From: an uncultured Clostridia bacterium
Lineage (GTDB): Bacteria; Bacillota; Clostridia; Christensenellales; CAG-314
Reading direction: 5' to 3'
DNA: 64,000 nt
NCBI GenBank assembly: GCA_944364615.1
Contig: CALVWF010000010.1
Location: forward strand, 1,388-65,387
In this document: in pieces, positions 48,007-57,798 of the stretch
How positions within the stretch are numbered: position 1 is the stretch's first letter
How the letters are laid out: each line of letters opens with the position of its first letter
The notes under the pieces: generated by a model
The model's input: the letters and a program-made list of their open reading frames with translations, nothing else
Told to the model about the DNA's origin: nothing
Database searches by the model: none
Translations under genes and position numbers: made by a program

Positions 48007-48732
48007 ATGAAACAAAACAAATCACCCGTAACCGCAAACGAAAGGCAGCCTTTCTTTTCAGTGGGCAGTATTACGGTAATTGCCATTCTGACGGCGATTT
48101 CACTTATACTTTATCTTTTTGTAAAGTTCCCGCTGCCTTTTATCTTCCCTTCGTGGTTGGATTTCCAGATTTCCGATTTGCCGGCATTGCTGGGCGGATT
48201 TGCCCTCGGTCCTGTGGCGGGTGCGGTAATAATCGTGCTTAAATGTTGTCTTAAAATGCTGTTCGGACTGTCATCTACCGCGAACGTAGGCGAGTTGGCG
48301 GATATACTTGTAGGTATTGCATTCGTCGTTCCTGCGGCTATAATTTACAGCAAATTCCGCTCCAAGAAAAGTGCAATAGCGGGGCTTGCAGTGGGAACGG
48401 CAAGCGCAGTTGTCGTATCTGTTCTTGCAAATGCGTTTGTGCTCATTCCTTTCTATACCAAGAGTTTCGGCATGGAAGCCATTGTGGGAATGGTGCAGGC
48501 GTTGTATCCCAACGTAAACGGCGACAATTTCCTTACTTACTACCTGCCATTGGCGGTCGCTCCCTTTAACATTCTGCGTTGCGTTCTGAGCGGTGTGCTG
48601 ACCTATCTCGTTTATAAACCGTTGTCAAAGGCTTTGCACTGGAACGGCAAGGTACATCAGAAACCTTCCGACGCGGACAACGGCGACAACAAGTCCGATG
48701 CCACAGGCGTCGATTGCACGGACAACAAATAA
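48007..48732 (+). CDS. ribU: ECF transporter S component for riboflavin
   Basis: SD AAGGAG. 'FPSWLDFQISDLPALLGGFALGP', 'VGELAD', 'PFN'. Controlled by the FMN riboswitch. Confidence 0.88.
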   Translation: MKQNKSPVTANERQPFFSVGSITVIAILTAISLILYLFVKFPLPFIFPSWLDFQISDLPALLGGFALGPVAGAVIIVLKCCLKMLFGLSSTANVGELADILVGIAFVVPAAIIYSKFRSKKSAIAGLAVGTASAVVVSVLANAFVLIPFYTKSFGMEAIVGMVQALYPNVNGDNFLTYYLPLAVAPFNILRCVLSGVLTYLVYKPLSKALHWNGKVHQKPSDADNGDNKSDATGVDCTDNK

Positions 48733-48795
48733 TTACCGTTTGTTCCGTCGTATTTTGTGTATATAAGTTTTCCTTGAAATAGTTGGTTTGACAAT

Positions 48796-48820
48796 ATGCG
48801 CCCGAATTTTTCGGGCGCAT
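48796..48820 (+). terminator. Hairpin after ribU
   Basis: ATGCGCCCGA / TCGGGCGCAT, perfect 10-bp stem. Confidence 0.7.
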
Positions 48821-49515
48821 GTTGTTTGTTGCGAAGTTAAGTCTTATTGCGGTACTAACGGCAAAAGATCGAATCGGCTTCTTCTGCGTACAAAGAAAAT
48901 TGTTTGCCGTGTAGTTACGGTTGTGATTTGAGTGCAGTGCCGATGGGTATGGTTATTATATGCCCGACTGTACAAACCGTACGGCTAAGGTTTTCAGACA
49001 GTATCAGCGTTAAACTGCAAGTAAGCAGTTCCTTCTGCGGAAGTCTTGATGTGCGCTCATGCAAGCGGTGGGGCGTGTCAACCGTGCGGCGATGATTTGT
49101 TCGCAAGTTTAAATTGCAGGCGGACTGGGGCTTGTAGCCGACTGCATCAATCTTTAATGTGAGGGACGGCCGCGCTTTTGCGGCGCATATGAAATTGCGT
49201 TTACTAACGTAGGTACTTTATCTTTTGCCTGCAGACAGATGGCATGGACGTCTGACGGTACGTTGTGTTTTGCCTTTACGTTCAAATAATACAGACAGAT
49301 TGTCCTGCGTACAATACGGTATTGACGTATCGGCGCAGCATTGCCGTGGTGCATGTTCTCTGTTTCAGCATTAGCGGTCAGTTGCTTGCCAATTGTCGTA
49401 TTTAGTTGTAAAATATAACCGTAATGCGAATTATTTACGGTTTTTAATATACTATTTCACACATAGTAATATGTAAATCACGTCATTTGACTTATATTCA
49501 GCAGAAGGAGTAACA

Positions 49516-49929
49516 ATGAAATACATTTCCCACAGCGTTGAACAGACAATGGACATTGCGGAAAAGTTTGCCGAAACATTGCACGGCGGTGAGACTGTGC
49601 TGTTAAAGGGCGATCTGGGTGCGGGCAAGACGCATTTTGCCAAAGGTGTGGCGCGTAGTTTAGGCGTGGATGACGTTGTGACAAGTCCCACGTTTACTTT
49701 GCACAATTCTTACGGCGGACGGTTGACACTCAATCACTTCGACTTTTACCGTATAGACGACTGCGAAGAAGTTGCCATCCTCGGGCTGGACGAATTGTTC
49801 AGCGTTCCGGACGCCGTTGCTCTTATAGAGTGGAGTGAAAATGTTGCCCGTCTTTTGCCCTCAAAGGTAATTACCGTAACCGTTACAAAACTGGGCGACA
49901 ACGAAAGGGAGATAGAAATAAAACGATGA
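49516..49929 (+). CDS. tsaE: tRNA t6A biosynthesis ATPase TsaE
   Basis: 'LKGDLGAGKTHF', 'VTSPTFTL', 'HFDFYR', 'IEWSE'. Confidence 0.95.
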   Translation: MKYISHSVEQTMDIAEKFAETLHGGETVLLKGDLGAGKTHFAKGVARSLGVDDVVTSPTFTLHNSYGGRLTLNHFDFYRIDDCEEVAILGLDELFSVPDAVALIEWSENVARLLPSKVITVTVTKLGDNEREIEIKR

Positions 49930-50489
49930 ATATACTGATTATAGACACAACGACAAAAGACCTTATAGTGGCGGCGGTCAGCAACGGCAAAGTTACCGAC
50001 GGCACTGTCCTCAACAACGGCACCCATCACCTTGAAAGGCTGTGCGACTGTGTGGACTCCACTTTGCACAAGGCGGGACTTGTCCTGCAAGATCTGGATT
50101 GCATTGCCTGTGCAGTAGGACCCGGCAGTTTTACCGGTATCAGAATAGGTATTTCCGCCGTCAAAGGGTATCAGTGCGCGCTGGATATTCCCGTCGTCGA
50201 AATAAACGTTCTCAACGCTATGCAGTTCGGAAAAAATGTCAGCGGAGCCGTGATTGACGCCGGCAACGGTTACTATTACGGCAAATACGACGGGTTTGAC
50301 TGTATTGTTTCTCCCTGTCTCATCGCTTACGACGATGAGCGCGTAAAGGGCTGTCAGATAATGGGAAACTGTTACTTGCTCGAAGCGGAAGTGGCGATTG
50401 CGTTGCACAAGGCGCAAACGGGACAGTTTGCGGACAAGCTTACCCCCGTGTACATTCGTAAGAGTCAGGCGGAGGAGTTGCGCAAATGA
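49926..50489 (+). CDS. tsaB: tRNA t6A biosynthesis protein TsaB
   Basis: 'ILIIDTT', 'GPGSFTGIRIG', 'PVYIRKSQAE'. Confidence 0.93.
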   Translation: MNILIIDTTTKDLIVAAVSNGKVTDGTVLNNGTHHLERLCDCVDSTLHKAGLVLQDLDCIACAVGPGSFTGIRIGISAVKGYQCALDIPVVEINVLNAMQFGKNVSGAVIDAGNGYYYGKYDGFDCIVSPCLIAYDDERVKGCQIMGNCYLLEAEVAIALHKAQTGQFADKLTPVYIRKSQAEELRK

Positions 50490-50926
50490 TAAAGGTGCTT
50501 GACGAAAGTTACGCTTCGGACATTGCGCGACTGGAAGGAAGTTGTCTGGGAGAACAGGCATGGACGGAAAGCTGCATCCGACAGGAGTTTTTAAACACCT
50601 TTTCGACATATGTTGCATATTGTATAGAAGACAATGTGGTGGCAACTGCCGGAGTGCGTGTGATAGGCGACTGCGCGGAAATAAACAATGTTGCGGTTGA
50701 CGCTCGTTACAGACGGCAAGGAATAGCATTCGCGCTTATGCGGTGGCTTGTCGATTACTGCAGACAATGCGGAGCCGGGATAATCAGTCTCGAAGTGGAC
50801 GTTTCCAATATTGCCGCAATTGCGCTGTACGTCAAGACGGGATTTGCAATTACCGCTTTGCGCAAAAACTTTTACAGTCACTCAGACGGTCACAGCGACG
50901 CTTACACAATGCAGTTGACGTTGTAA
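50486..50926 (+). CDS. rimI: Ribosomal protein S18 alanine N-acetyltransferase
   Basis: GNAT motifs 'NVAVDARYRRQGIA', 'LEVDVSN..AIALY...GF', 'RKNFY'. Conserved position after tsaB. Confidence 0.85.
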   Translation: MIKVLDESYASDIARLEGSCLGEQAWTESCIRQEFLNTFSTYVAYCIEDNVVATAGVRVIGDCAEINNVAVDARYRRQGIAFALMRWLVDYCRQCGAGIISLEVDVSNIAAIALYVKTGFAITALRKNFYSHSDGHSDAYTMQLTL

Positions 50927-50948
50927 CAGTTTCCGATAAGGGGTTGAA

Positions 50949-51665
50949 ATGAATAATACTACGGGTACTAATGAAGAGAAGGGCGATGTCCTTCTCTTTT
51001 TGCATGGTTGGGGATGCGACGGAACCATATTTAAAGGATTGGCAAGTACTTTCAAGGGAGTACGCTGTCTTACTCCTGATTTCAGAGGGTTTGGATGCAA
51101 TCCTCCTCCTGACAGACCTTGGACGATTGAAGATTATGCCCGCGACGTTGCCGATTATTTGGAACAACTGCATTGCGGTAAAGTTACGGTAATAGCGCAC
51201 AGTTTCGGATGCCGTGTCGCAACCGTGCTTGCGGCAGAGTATCCTCGGTATGTAAAGGCAATGCTGTTTACGGGCCCCGCCGGATTCAGACGGTTCAGCC
51301 TGAAACGTTGGCTGTCGGTAACTGAATACAAGTTCAAAAAAAAGTTGTGCGCACTCGGAATATTGCCGTTTCGCTGTCTGGAGCGTTACGGAAGCGAAGA
51401 TTATCGCAACGCTTCCCCCGAAATGCGTTCCACGTTTTTAAAAGTTGTCAATAGCGACGTGTCGAAATATGCTTTAAAAATCAAATGCCCGTTGCTGGTT
51501 ACGGTTGGCAATAAGGATGAGGCAACGCCGTTGTGGATGGCAAAACGCTACTGCAAACTGGTTGCCGACAGCGCTCTGGTAATGCTTGACGGCGATCACT
51601 TTGCCTTTTTGCGCGACGGAAGATTTGTTGCCGTTGCCCATTCTTTTGTAAGGGGAGTAAGATGA
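50949..51665 (+). CDS. Alpha/beta hydrolase
   Basis: 'LHGWG', 'DFRGFG', 'AHSFG', 'GDHFAF'. Confidence 0.88.
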   Translation: MNNTTGTNEEKGDVLLFLHGWGCDGTIFKGLASTFKGVRCLTPDFRGFGCNPPPDRPWTIEDYARDVADYLEQLHCGKVTVIAHSFGCRVATVLAAEYPRYVKAMLFTGPAGFRRFSLKRWLSVTEYKFKKKLCALGILPFRCLERYGSEDYRNASPEMRSTFLKVVNSDVSKYALKIKCPLLVTVGNKDEATPLWMAKRYCKLVADSALVMLDGDHFAFLRDGRFVAVAHSFVRGVR

Positions 51666-53146
51666 CAATATTTACAATCGCGGGTACCGTCACGCTGTTG
51701 CTGTGTTCTCTGCCTGCGGTGTCGCATCTTCAGCAATGTGCCTATCGCACGGACAAGAGTTATTTTAAAATATTTAAAAGCGGGTATTTTGTCTTGCTGT
51801 GCGTTGTTCAGACAGCGTCGTTACTGTTGTTGTTTTTGGCAGACAGAAATGCGGGCGACGGGATGTGCGTCCTGTTACTGTGCGTCGTTGCGGTGCTGAC
51901 GTCGCGTGCCAACCGTAAAAGCAACAAGCCGTTGAAGTTTACCGCACGGGTTATCAGATTACTGTCGGTACAGACGTGTCTGTACTGCGTGCTTTGTATA
52001 TTAGTGGGCGTCTGTTATGTTGCGGTATTCCTTCCCGTCATTACTGCAATCGCGTCGTTAGTGTGTGTTCCTGTGGAAAAAGCAATTTCGTCAAAGTACT
52101 TAAAATCCGCCCTGGCAAAACTGAAAGATTCTCCTGCCGTAAAGATTGCCGTCACAGGCAGTTACGGCAAGACAAGCGTCAAAAATATCCTCAGCCAACT
52201 GCTGGGCTGCGATGCAACGCCTTTCAGTTACAATACTCCGATGGGTATTGCGCGCTATATCAACGACGGTGATTTCAGTCGTTCGCAATATATAGTGCTG
52301 GAATTCGGCGCAAGACACAGAGGCGATATATCGAGGCTGTGCCGTATTGCATCTCCCGACATATCCGTTATAAGCGGTATTACCGCTCAGCACCTGGAAA
52401 CTTTTAAAAGTATAGACGCAATAATCGATGAAAAGGGCAGTGTGATAGACTTTACTTCTCCCGACGGTTTTTGCGTAATAAACGGCTACAGCGATTTTGT
52501 AGATTCTTATGCCGACAGGGGCAAATGCCGTAAGGTTTTTACAGGAAAAGACGGGCTGCGCTTTACGGTAAACGGAACGGACGGCAGTGACAAATTAGTG
52601 TTCGACGTTTTTGACGGCGACAGAAAAGTGTCCTTTTGCAGTCCGTTGTTAAGTCTTGCAAGCGTGGAAAATATTGTATGCGCGTTGCAGGTGTGCAGTC
52701 TTCTCGGACACGACATCGCAGACTATACGGGCAAGGTGGCGTCGCTAAAACAGATACCGCACCGTATGGAAGTGATACACGCTCCGCAATTCACAGTCAT
52801 AGACGATTGCTACAACGCCAATATCAGAGGAGTGGAAAGTTGCTGCAAAACCCTTGAGTTGCTCGAAGGCAACAAAGTTGCCATAAGTCAGGGAATAGTG
52901 GAAGGCGGCAAAGATCAAAGCAGGTTGAACGTAGAATGCGGCAAACTCTTGGGCGGGTGTTGCGAATACGTTATCGTTACGGGAATAAACGGAAACGATA
53001 TTGCCTGCGGAGTAAGCAGTGTAAAGGGGAAGACGCTTTTTGCCGATACGCTTAGCGAAGCGGTTACTCTTGTGGGACAGTTGCCCTGTCAGGTCAGATA
53101 CGTGCTGTTCCAGAACGACATACCAACGGACGCCACTAAATTGTAA
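51662..53146 (+). CDS. MurF-like Mur ligase with an N-terminal membrane region
   Basis: 'VTGSYGKTSVK', 'SYNTPMG', 'LEFGA', 'HRME', 'IDDCYNAN'. The first ~130 aa are hydrophobic. Confidence 0.8.
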   Translation: MTIFTIAGTVTLLLCSLPAVSHLQQCAYRTDKSYFKIFKSGYFVLLCVVQTASLLLLFLADRNAGDGMCVLLLCVVAVLTSRANRKSNKPLKFTARVIRLLSVQTCLYCVLCILVGVCYVAVFLPVITAIASLVCVPVEKAISSKYLKSALAKLKDSPAVKIAVTGSYGKTSVKNILSQLLGCDATPFSYNTPMGIARYINDGDFSRSQYIVLEFGARHRGDISRLCRIASPDISVISGITAQHLETFKSIDAIIDEKGSVIDFTSPDGFCVINGYSDFVDSYADRGKCRKVFTGKDGLRFTVNGTDGSDKLVFDVFDGDRKVSFCSPLLSLASVENIVCALQVCSLLGHDIADYTGKVASLKQIPHRMEVIHAPQFTVIDDCYNANIRGVESCCKTLELLEGNKVAISQGIVEGGKDQSRLNVECGKLLGGCCEYVIVTGINGNDIACGVSSVKGKTLFADTLSEAVTLVGQLPCQVRYVLFQNDIPTDATKL

Positions 53147-53155
53147 GGAGATATT

Positions 53156-54226
53156 ATGAACGTTTTGATTGTATACGGCGGAAAAAGTTGCGAACACGAC
53201 ATTTCCGTTATAACAGCCTGTCTTGCACGGGGATATTTTGTCAACCACAATGTGATCGGGTGCTATCTCGACCGTGACAACAATGCTTTTTTCGTGTCGG
53301 AGATAACTCCTCAGCAACATACGGGCAAAAAGTTTACAAGCCGTATTACCTTTGTTTTGGGGCAACGTTGTATAGAAATACGCAACAAAATCGGCAAAAA
53401 GCGCATACATATAGACTGCGCCGTAAATTGCTGTCACGGCGTCAACGGCGAAGACGGCGCAGTGGCGGGACTGTTGCAGTTGTGCGGTATTCCCGATGCC
53501 GAAAGCGGTGTGCTGTGTTGCGGAAGCGCAATGGACAAATACCTTACGAAACTGACTCTCCGATCGCTGGGTATAAACGTCGTGGACGGAGTTCTGCTTA
53601 CTGACGACAATCTTGACAAAGTGTTGCAACTGGGTTTTCCGTTGATTGTCAAACCGTCGACACTTGGTTCGAGTATAGGTATAGGCGTAGCGCATGACGT
53701 CGAGCAACTGGAACACTGTATTTCCGTCGCACGTCAGTTTGACAACAGAGTACTTGTGGAAAAGGCAATAGAAAATTTTACGGAAATCAACTGCTCCGCA
53801 ATGACGGTAAAAGGACAAATAGTCACAAGCGCAACCAACTTTCCTCTGTCTGCAAATGAGATACTGACTTTTGCCGACAAATACCTGAACGGAAGCAAAG
53901 GAATGGCGGACGGCAAAAAGCACGTCACTGACGTTTATGACGCTGAAATTAAGCGGATTACCGAAAAAATATACCGTGAAATGGGTTTTAGCGGAGTTAT
54001 AAGAGTGGACTTTATTGCAAGCGCCGACAAACTGTACGTCAACGAAATAAACACTGTACCCGGTTCGCTCGCCTACGGTATGTGGAAAGAAGTGTTCAGC
54101 CCCGCACAATTCGGAGACAATCTGTTGCAGGAAGGACTGGCGACTTACAACGGCAGACAAAAACTTACCTACCGTTTCCGCTCTGACGTGTTGACAAGAT
54201 GCGCCGGCAGCAAGGTCAAAGGCTGA
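53156..54226 (+). CDS. ddl: D-alanine--D-alanine ligase family protein
   Basis: 'YGGKSCEHDIS', 'HGVNGEDG', 'MDKYLTK', 'VKPSTLGSSIG', 'NEINTVPG'. Confidence 0.88.
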   Translation: MNVLIVYGGKSCEHDISVITACLARGYFVNHNVIGCYLDRDNNAFFVSEITPQQHTGKKFTSRITFVLGQRCIEIRNKIGKKRIHIDCAVNCCHGVNGEDGAVAGLLQLCGIPDAESGVLCCGSAMDKYLTKLTLRSLGINVVDGVLLTDDNLDKVLQLGFPLIVKPSTLGSSIGIGVAHDVEQLEHCISVARQFDNRVLVEKAIENFTEINCSAMTVKGQIVTSATNFPLSANEILTFADKYLNGSKGMADGKKHVTDVYDAEIKRITEKIYREMGFSGVIRVDFIASADKLYVNEINTVPGSLAYGMWKEVFSPAQFGDNLLQEGLATYNGRQKLTYRFRSDVLTRCAGSKVKG

Positions 54227-54298
54227 CTGCCTTTAATTACTCATACAGATACGATGATGCTTCGGTCGGAAAAACTGAATATTAAAACCGTATGTAAC

Positions 54299-54329
54299 AA
54301 AAAGCGTCCCTTTTGCGGGACGCTTTTTG
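54299..54329. terminator. Bidirectional terminator
   Basis: AAAAAGCGTCCC / GGGACGCTTTTT. Confidence 0.8.
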
Positions 54330-54423
54330 AAAGGAGTAAAATGTACTGCAAGTTGTGCCGTAAAACAGGGGTTGGACTTAATGGCGCAATACAGTAAAAC
54401 ATTATCGTAGGACAGTAACGCAG

Positions 54424-54597
54424 TCAGCAGACGGGCGCGCTGCTCCTTTGTGCCTGTGCGCTTGTTTCGGACATTCTCTTTTGAAATTTTTTAAGCAATG
54501 TCTCCCTGGGAGCAAAAAATTCGCTTGCCTTTACTTTGTCACCTTCGTCAAACAGTTTGCGTGCTATTTTATCCAGATCGTATTCGCGACAGTTCAT
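54424..54597 (-). CDS. Unannotated 57-aa small protein (MNCREYDLDKIARKLFDEGDKVKASEFFAPRETLLKKFQKRMSETSAQAQRSSAPVC)
   Basis: Strong SD (GGGAGG, 7 nt before ATG). Ends about 95 nt before a bidirectional terminator. Absent from the ORF track because it is under 60 aa. Confidence 0.6.
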   Translation of the reverse strand: MNCREYDLDKIARKLFDEGDKVKASEFFAPRETLLKKFQKRMSETSAQAQRSSAPVC

Positions 54598-54693
54598 TTG
54601 TTTTCCTCCCTTCTTTCTGATTAAATTCTAACACACTATATGTGCGACAGTATGTCAACTTTAAAAAATTATTTGCTTAAATTTGCACTTAAT

Positions 54694-54723
54694 ATTGACA
54701 ACAGTTTGTCAATTTATTATAAT
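54694..54723 (+). promoter_or_regulatory. Consensus sigma-A promoter overlapped by a perfect palindrome
   Basis: TTGACA(54695)-N17-TATAAT(54718). ATTGACAA-cagt-TTGTCAAT palindrome. Confidence 0.8.
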
Positions 54724-54742
54724 TTATTACAGGAGGTAAATT

Positions 54743-55648
54743 ATGCAGATTCCCGTAATAGTAGGTATTTTGACCACATTGCTGTCCAATTCCGTTTGTA
54801 CCGCCGAGCAACTTGCGGAAAAGTACGAAATTTCCAAACGTACAGTTTACCGTTATCTTGACGTGTTGAGCGAATCGGGCGTTCCGTTGATGGTGCGCCA
54901 CGGAAGAAACGGCGGTTGGAGTATCATTGAAAATTACAGATTGTCTTCCATATATTTTACCAAGGAAGAGTACAAACGCGCCTTGCTTGCCGTAAAAAGT
55001 TTTTCCTTGCAGGACGCCGTCACGCGTTCGGTCAGCGACAAACTGTCCGGCATTAACAGGGACAACAACAGTACCGGCAGTTCGGAAAAACTGATAGTGG
55101 ACGGATCTTCTCTCGAAGGATTGCAGGGGAAAATTGCTTTACTGCAACACGCGCTGGAAAACAATTTTACCGTGTCTGCCGAGTACCACAGCAAAGAGGG
55201 CGTTACAAAGCGCGTAGTGGAACCGTACAGCATGATTCTAAAAGAAGGTGCGTGGTACGTTTATTGTTACTGCCGATTGCGTAACGATTTCCGCTATTTC
55301 AAAATTGCCCGTTTTGCACAGTTGCATGAGGAAAGCGAAAGGTTTATTCCGCGGTGCTTTTCCGTGGATGTGTCTTTGCTTAGCGGCGTTTCGCGTCGTG
55401 CGGAATATGCCGACGTCATTTTGTCTGTAAGCAACAGCGCTTTGACGGAAGTGGAAGAATGGCTGGGAACGGAACACGTCGCTAAACTGGGCGAGGACTA
55501 CGTGGCGAAAGCGCGTCTTCCCATTGATGATTATCTTGTGGGAAAGTTGCTGTCTTTCGGCTCTAAGGTAAAAGTGGAAAGCCCGGAAAACCTGAAAACC
55601 AGGTTGCTTGACGCATGCGAGGCGGTTCGTGAGGTTTACGGCGGTTAA
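54743..55648 (+). CDS. YafY-family HTH-WYL transcriptional regulator
   Basis: N-terminal wHTH 'LAEKYEISKRTVYRYLDVL', 'RVVEPY...AWYVYCYCRLRNDFRYFKIAR' WYL motif, and a C-terminal WCX-like region. Confidence 0.92.
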   Translation: MQIPVIVGILTTLLSNSVCTAEQLAEKYEISKRTVYRYLDVLSESGVPLMVRHGRNGGWSIIENYRLSSIYFTKEEYKRALLAVKSFSLQDAVTRSVSDKLSGINRDNNSTGSSEKLIVDGSSLEGLQGKIALLQHALENNFTVSAEYHSKEGVTKRVVEPYSMILKEGAWYVYCYCRLRNDFRYFKIARFAQLHEESERFIPRCFSVDVSLLSGVSRRAEYADVILSVSNSALTEVEEWLGTEHVAKLGEDYVAKARLPIDDYLVGKLLSFGSKVKVESPENLKTRLLDACEAVREVYGG

Positions 55649-56676
55649 TGCCGTCTTTTTGCCGGTTCAGTTATTCGGTTCAACACTTCCGCCGTTCCGT
55701 CTATGTGCATTTGCTTTTGCGAGGCAATGTAGTTACGACGGTTTTCGTAAACCTGAGTTACGGCTCGGGCAAGTTGTTCGGGAGTGCAGTTTTCCGACAG
55801 CGTTGTTCCGCAGTTGCGGGAACGGAAATATTCGGCATTGACTTTCTGTTCTCCTCTGGAACATTTTTCCAACGGCAAAACCACAAACGGGATGTTGAGT
55901 GCAGTCAGTTCGCACAATGTGTTGCTTCCCCCTCGCGTTACCGCAACGGAAGTTGCAGCAAAGATGTCTTCTATGTTGTTGACAAATTGCTCCTGGTGTA
56001 TATACGGACTGTCTGCGCTTTTGTTTTTTCCGCTAAGTACGAATATGTCGAATTTGTCGTGCAGCAACAGTGCCGTTTCTACGGCAAGTTGATTGAGTGC
56101 GGCGGCTCCGAGACTTCCTCCCGTAAATAATATCACAGGTTTTTTGCCGTTAAGACCCATTTGTGACAACCCTTTTTGTCTGTCGCCTTTGTACAGTTGC
56201 GGACGGATTATTGCGCCGCACACGTCGGCTTTGCGGTGGCAGGGAAATGTTGACAGTACTTTGGAACAAAAGGGTATGGCAATTTTGTTTGCAAGTCCCA
56301 TTGTCCCGTCGCTTTCGTGTATTATTGAGGGAATTTTCAGCAAACGTGCCGCAATTATCACGGGAAGACCTACGTATCCGCCTTTGCCGAACACGACGTC
56401 GGGAGCAATGTTTTTTAAAATTTTACGGCATTGGGCTATGCTTTTTAAAAGTCTGTAAGGTAGCAGTAAGTTGGAAAGTGTGAATTTCCGTACGAATTTA
56501 CTCGCCTTAAAGGTGTGAAATTCTTTCACCTTTCCGTTTTTCACAAGGGGCAGTATGAGTTGCTTTTCCATACCGTCCGTACCTACGTAGTGTTTTTCCC
56601 CTTCCAGCAGGTTTATCAATGCTATGTTGGGGGTGACATGACCTGCCGTTCCTCCCCCTGTAAATACAATCTTCAT
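55645..56676 (-). CDS. murG: UDP-GlcNAc:lipid I N-acetylglucosaminyl transferase
   Basis: 'FTGGGTAGHVTPN', 'GKGGYVGLP', 'HESD', 'GGSLGA', 'TRGGSNT'. Start position approximate. Confidence 0.9.
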   Translation of the reverse strand: MKIVFTGGGTAGHVTPNIALINLLEGEKHYVGTDGMEKQLILPLVKNGKVKEFHTFKASKFVRKFTLSNLLLPYRLLKSIAQCRKILKNIAPDVVFGKGGYVGLPVIIAARLLKIPSIIHESDGTMGLANKIAIPFCSKVLSTFPCHRKADVCGAIIRPQLYKGDRQKGLSQMGLNGKKPVILFTGGSLGAAALNQLAVETALLLHDKFDIFVLSGKNKSADSPYIHQEQFVNNIEDIFAATSVAVTRGGSNTLCELTALNIPFVVLPLEKCSRGEQKVNAEYFRSRNCGTTLSENCTPEQLARAVTQVYENRRNYIASQKQMHIDGTAEVLNRITEPAKRRH

Positions 56677-56806
56677 ACTGTATTGTATTGCCATATCGGC
56701 AAATTTTACACTGTTTGAAGTAATTTGTGCGTCAGATTTTAAACTCGGTATTGACATGAGTCGGCATTGATAATATAATGATTTAAGTTACGATGAGAGG
56801 TGCTCT

Positions 56807-57703
56807 ATGAAAAGACAAAAATTTGCCTGCGGTAATACGCAGTTGGAATTGTACACATGGGATGACGTAAAAGACGCCAAAGGTGTAGTCAAAATAACTC
56901 ACGGTATGGCGGAACATTCTGCAAGGTACGACGACTTTGCCCGTTTTTTAAACGCCAACGGCTACATAGCGGTGATGAACGATCTGCGAGGACACGGTCT
57001 GACAGCGCAGCCCGACAGTCTCGGATACGCCGACGGGGATATGTTTGCCGACAATGTAAAAGATCAACTGGAAATCGTGGATTACTGTAACCGCACCTGC
57101 AAATTGCCCGTCTTTTTAATGGGACACAGTTACGGCAGTTTCGTCACGCAACGCGTGATACAGCACGATCCCGACGTAAAGGGATATATTCTGAGCGGAA
57201 GCAACTATATCAAAGGTTTGCAGTATGACCTGTGCGGACTGATCGCCAAGAGAATGGCTGAAAAGAAGTCGGGTGCCTTCCCCGCCGAAACTATTGCCAG
57301 ACTGTCTTTTTCCAAGTACGACAAGAAGTTCGGAGGCAAAAACAACTGGCTGAGCAGTGACGCCGAGAAGGTGGAAAAATACAACAGCGACCCTATGTGC
57401 GGTTTTGTTTGCAGCGCCAACTTTTACAAGACGTTTATGCGTGGAATAAAACCCCTGTACGACAAAAAGGAGTTTGACGACAGTGCTTTCCACAAACCGT
57501 TGCTCATTCTCTCGGGACAGCAGGACCCCGTGGGGGAATTCGGTAAAGGAGTTACAAAACTGTACGAATTTTATCTGCGCATCGGATTCGATTGCGTTAC
57601 CTTACGCCTGTACCCTGAGGGACGTCACGAAATGCTTAACGAAGTCAATAAAGAGCAGGTTTATCTCGATATACTTCAATGGCTCAACGGCAATGTCGGC
57701 TGA
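56807..57703 (+). CDS. Lysophospholipase-like alpha/beta hydrolase
   Basis: 'HGMAEHSARY', 'DLRGHG', 'GHSYG', 'GRHEMLNE'. Consensus TTGACA-N17-TATAAT promoter upstream. Confidence 0.9.
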   Translation: MKRQKFACGNTQLELYTWDDVKDAKGVVKITHGMAEHSARYDDFARFLNANGYIAVMNDLRGHGLTAQPDSLGYADGDMFADNVKDQLEIVDYCNRTCKLPVFLMGHSYGSFVTQRVIQHDPDVKGYILSGSNYIKGLQYDLCGLIAKRMAEKKSGAFPAETIARLSFSKYDKKFGGKNNWLSSDAEKVEKYNSDPMCGFVCSANFYKTFMRGIKPLYDKKEFDDSAFHKPLLILSGQQDPVGEFGKGVTKLYEFYLRIGFDCVTLRLYPEGRHEMLNEVNKEQVYLDILQWLNGNVG

Positions 57704-57766
57704 CATTGTTATATTTTAAATGAACGATGTTTGTTGCGTTTTGCACACACGGATGCTATTAAAATC

Positions 57767-57798
57767 AAGCGGACGATTTATTCGGTCCGCTTTTTTTT
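57767..57798 (+). terminator. Rho-independent terminator
   Basis: AAGCGGAC / GTCCGCTT stem followed by a T-run. Confidence 0.8.

Noticed and set aside
53156-54226. Ddl as a vancomycin-resistance (D-Ala-D-Lac) ligase
   Set aside because: The omega loop retains K-Y, and there are no vanH, vanX or vanRS-like neighbours.
54341-54397. 18-aa ORF MYCKLCRKTGVGLNGAIQ with CxxC and an SD, right after the terminator
   Set aside because: It lies immediately downstream of a terminator with no promoter evident, and the SD spacing is short. Not supportable without expression data.
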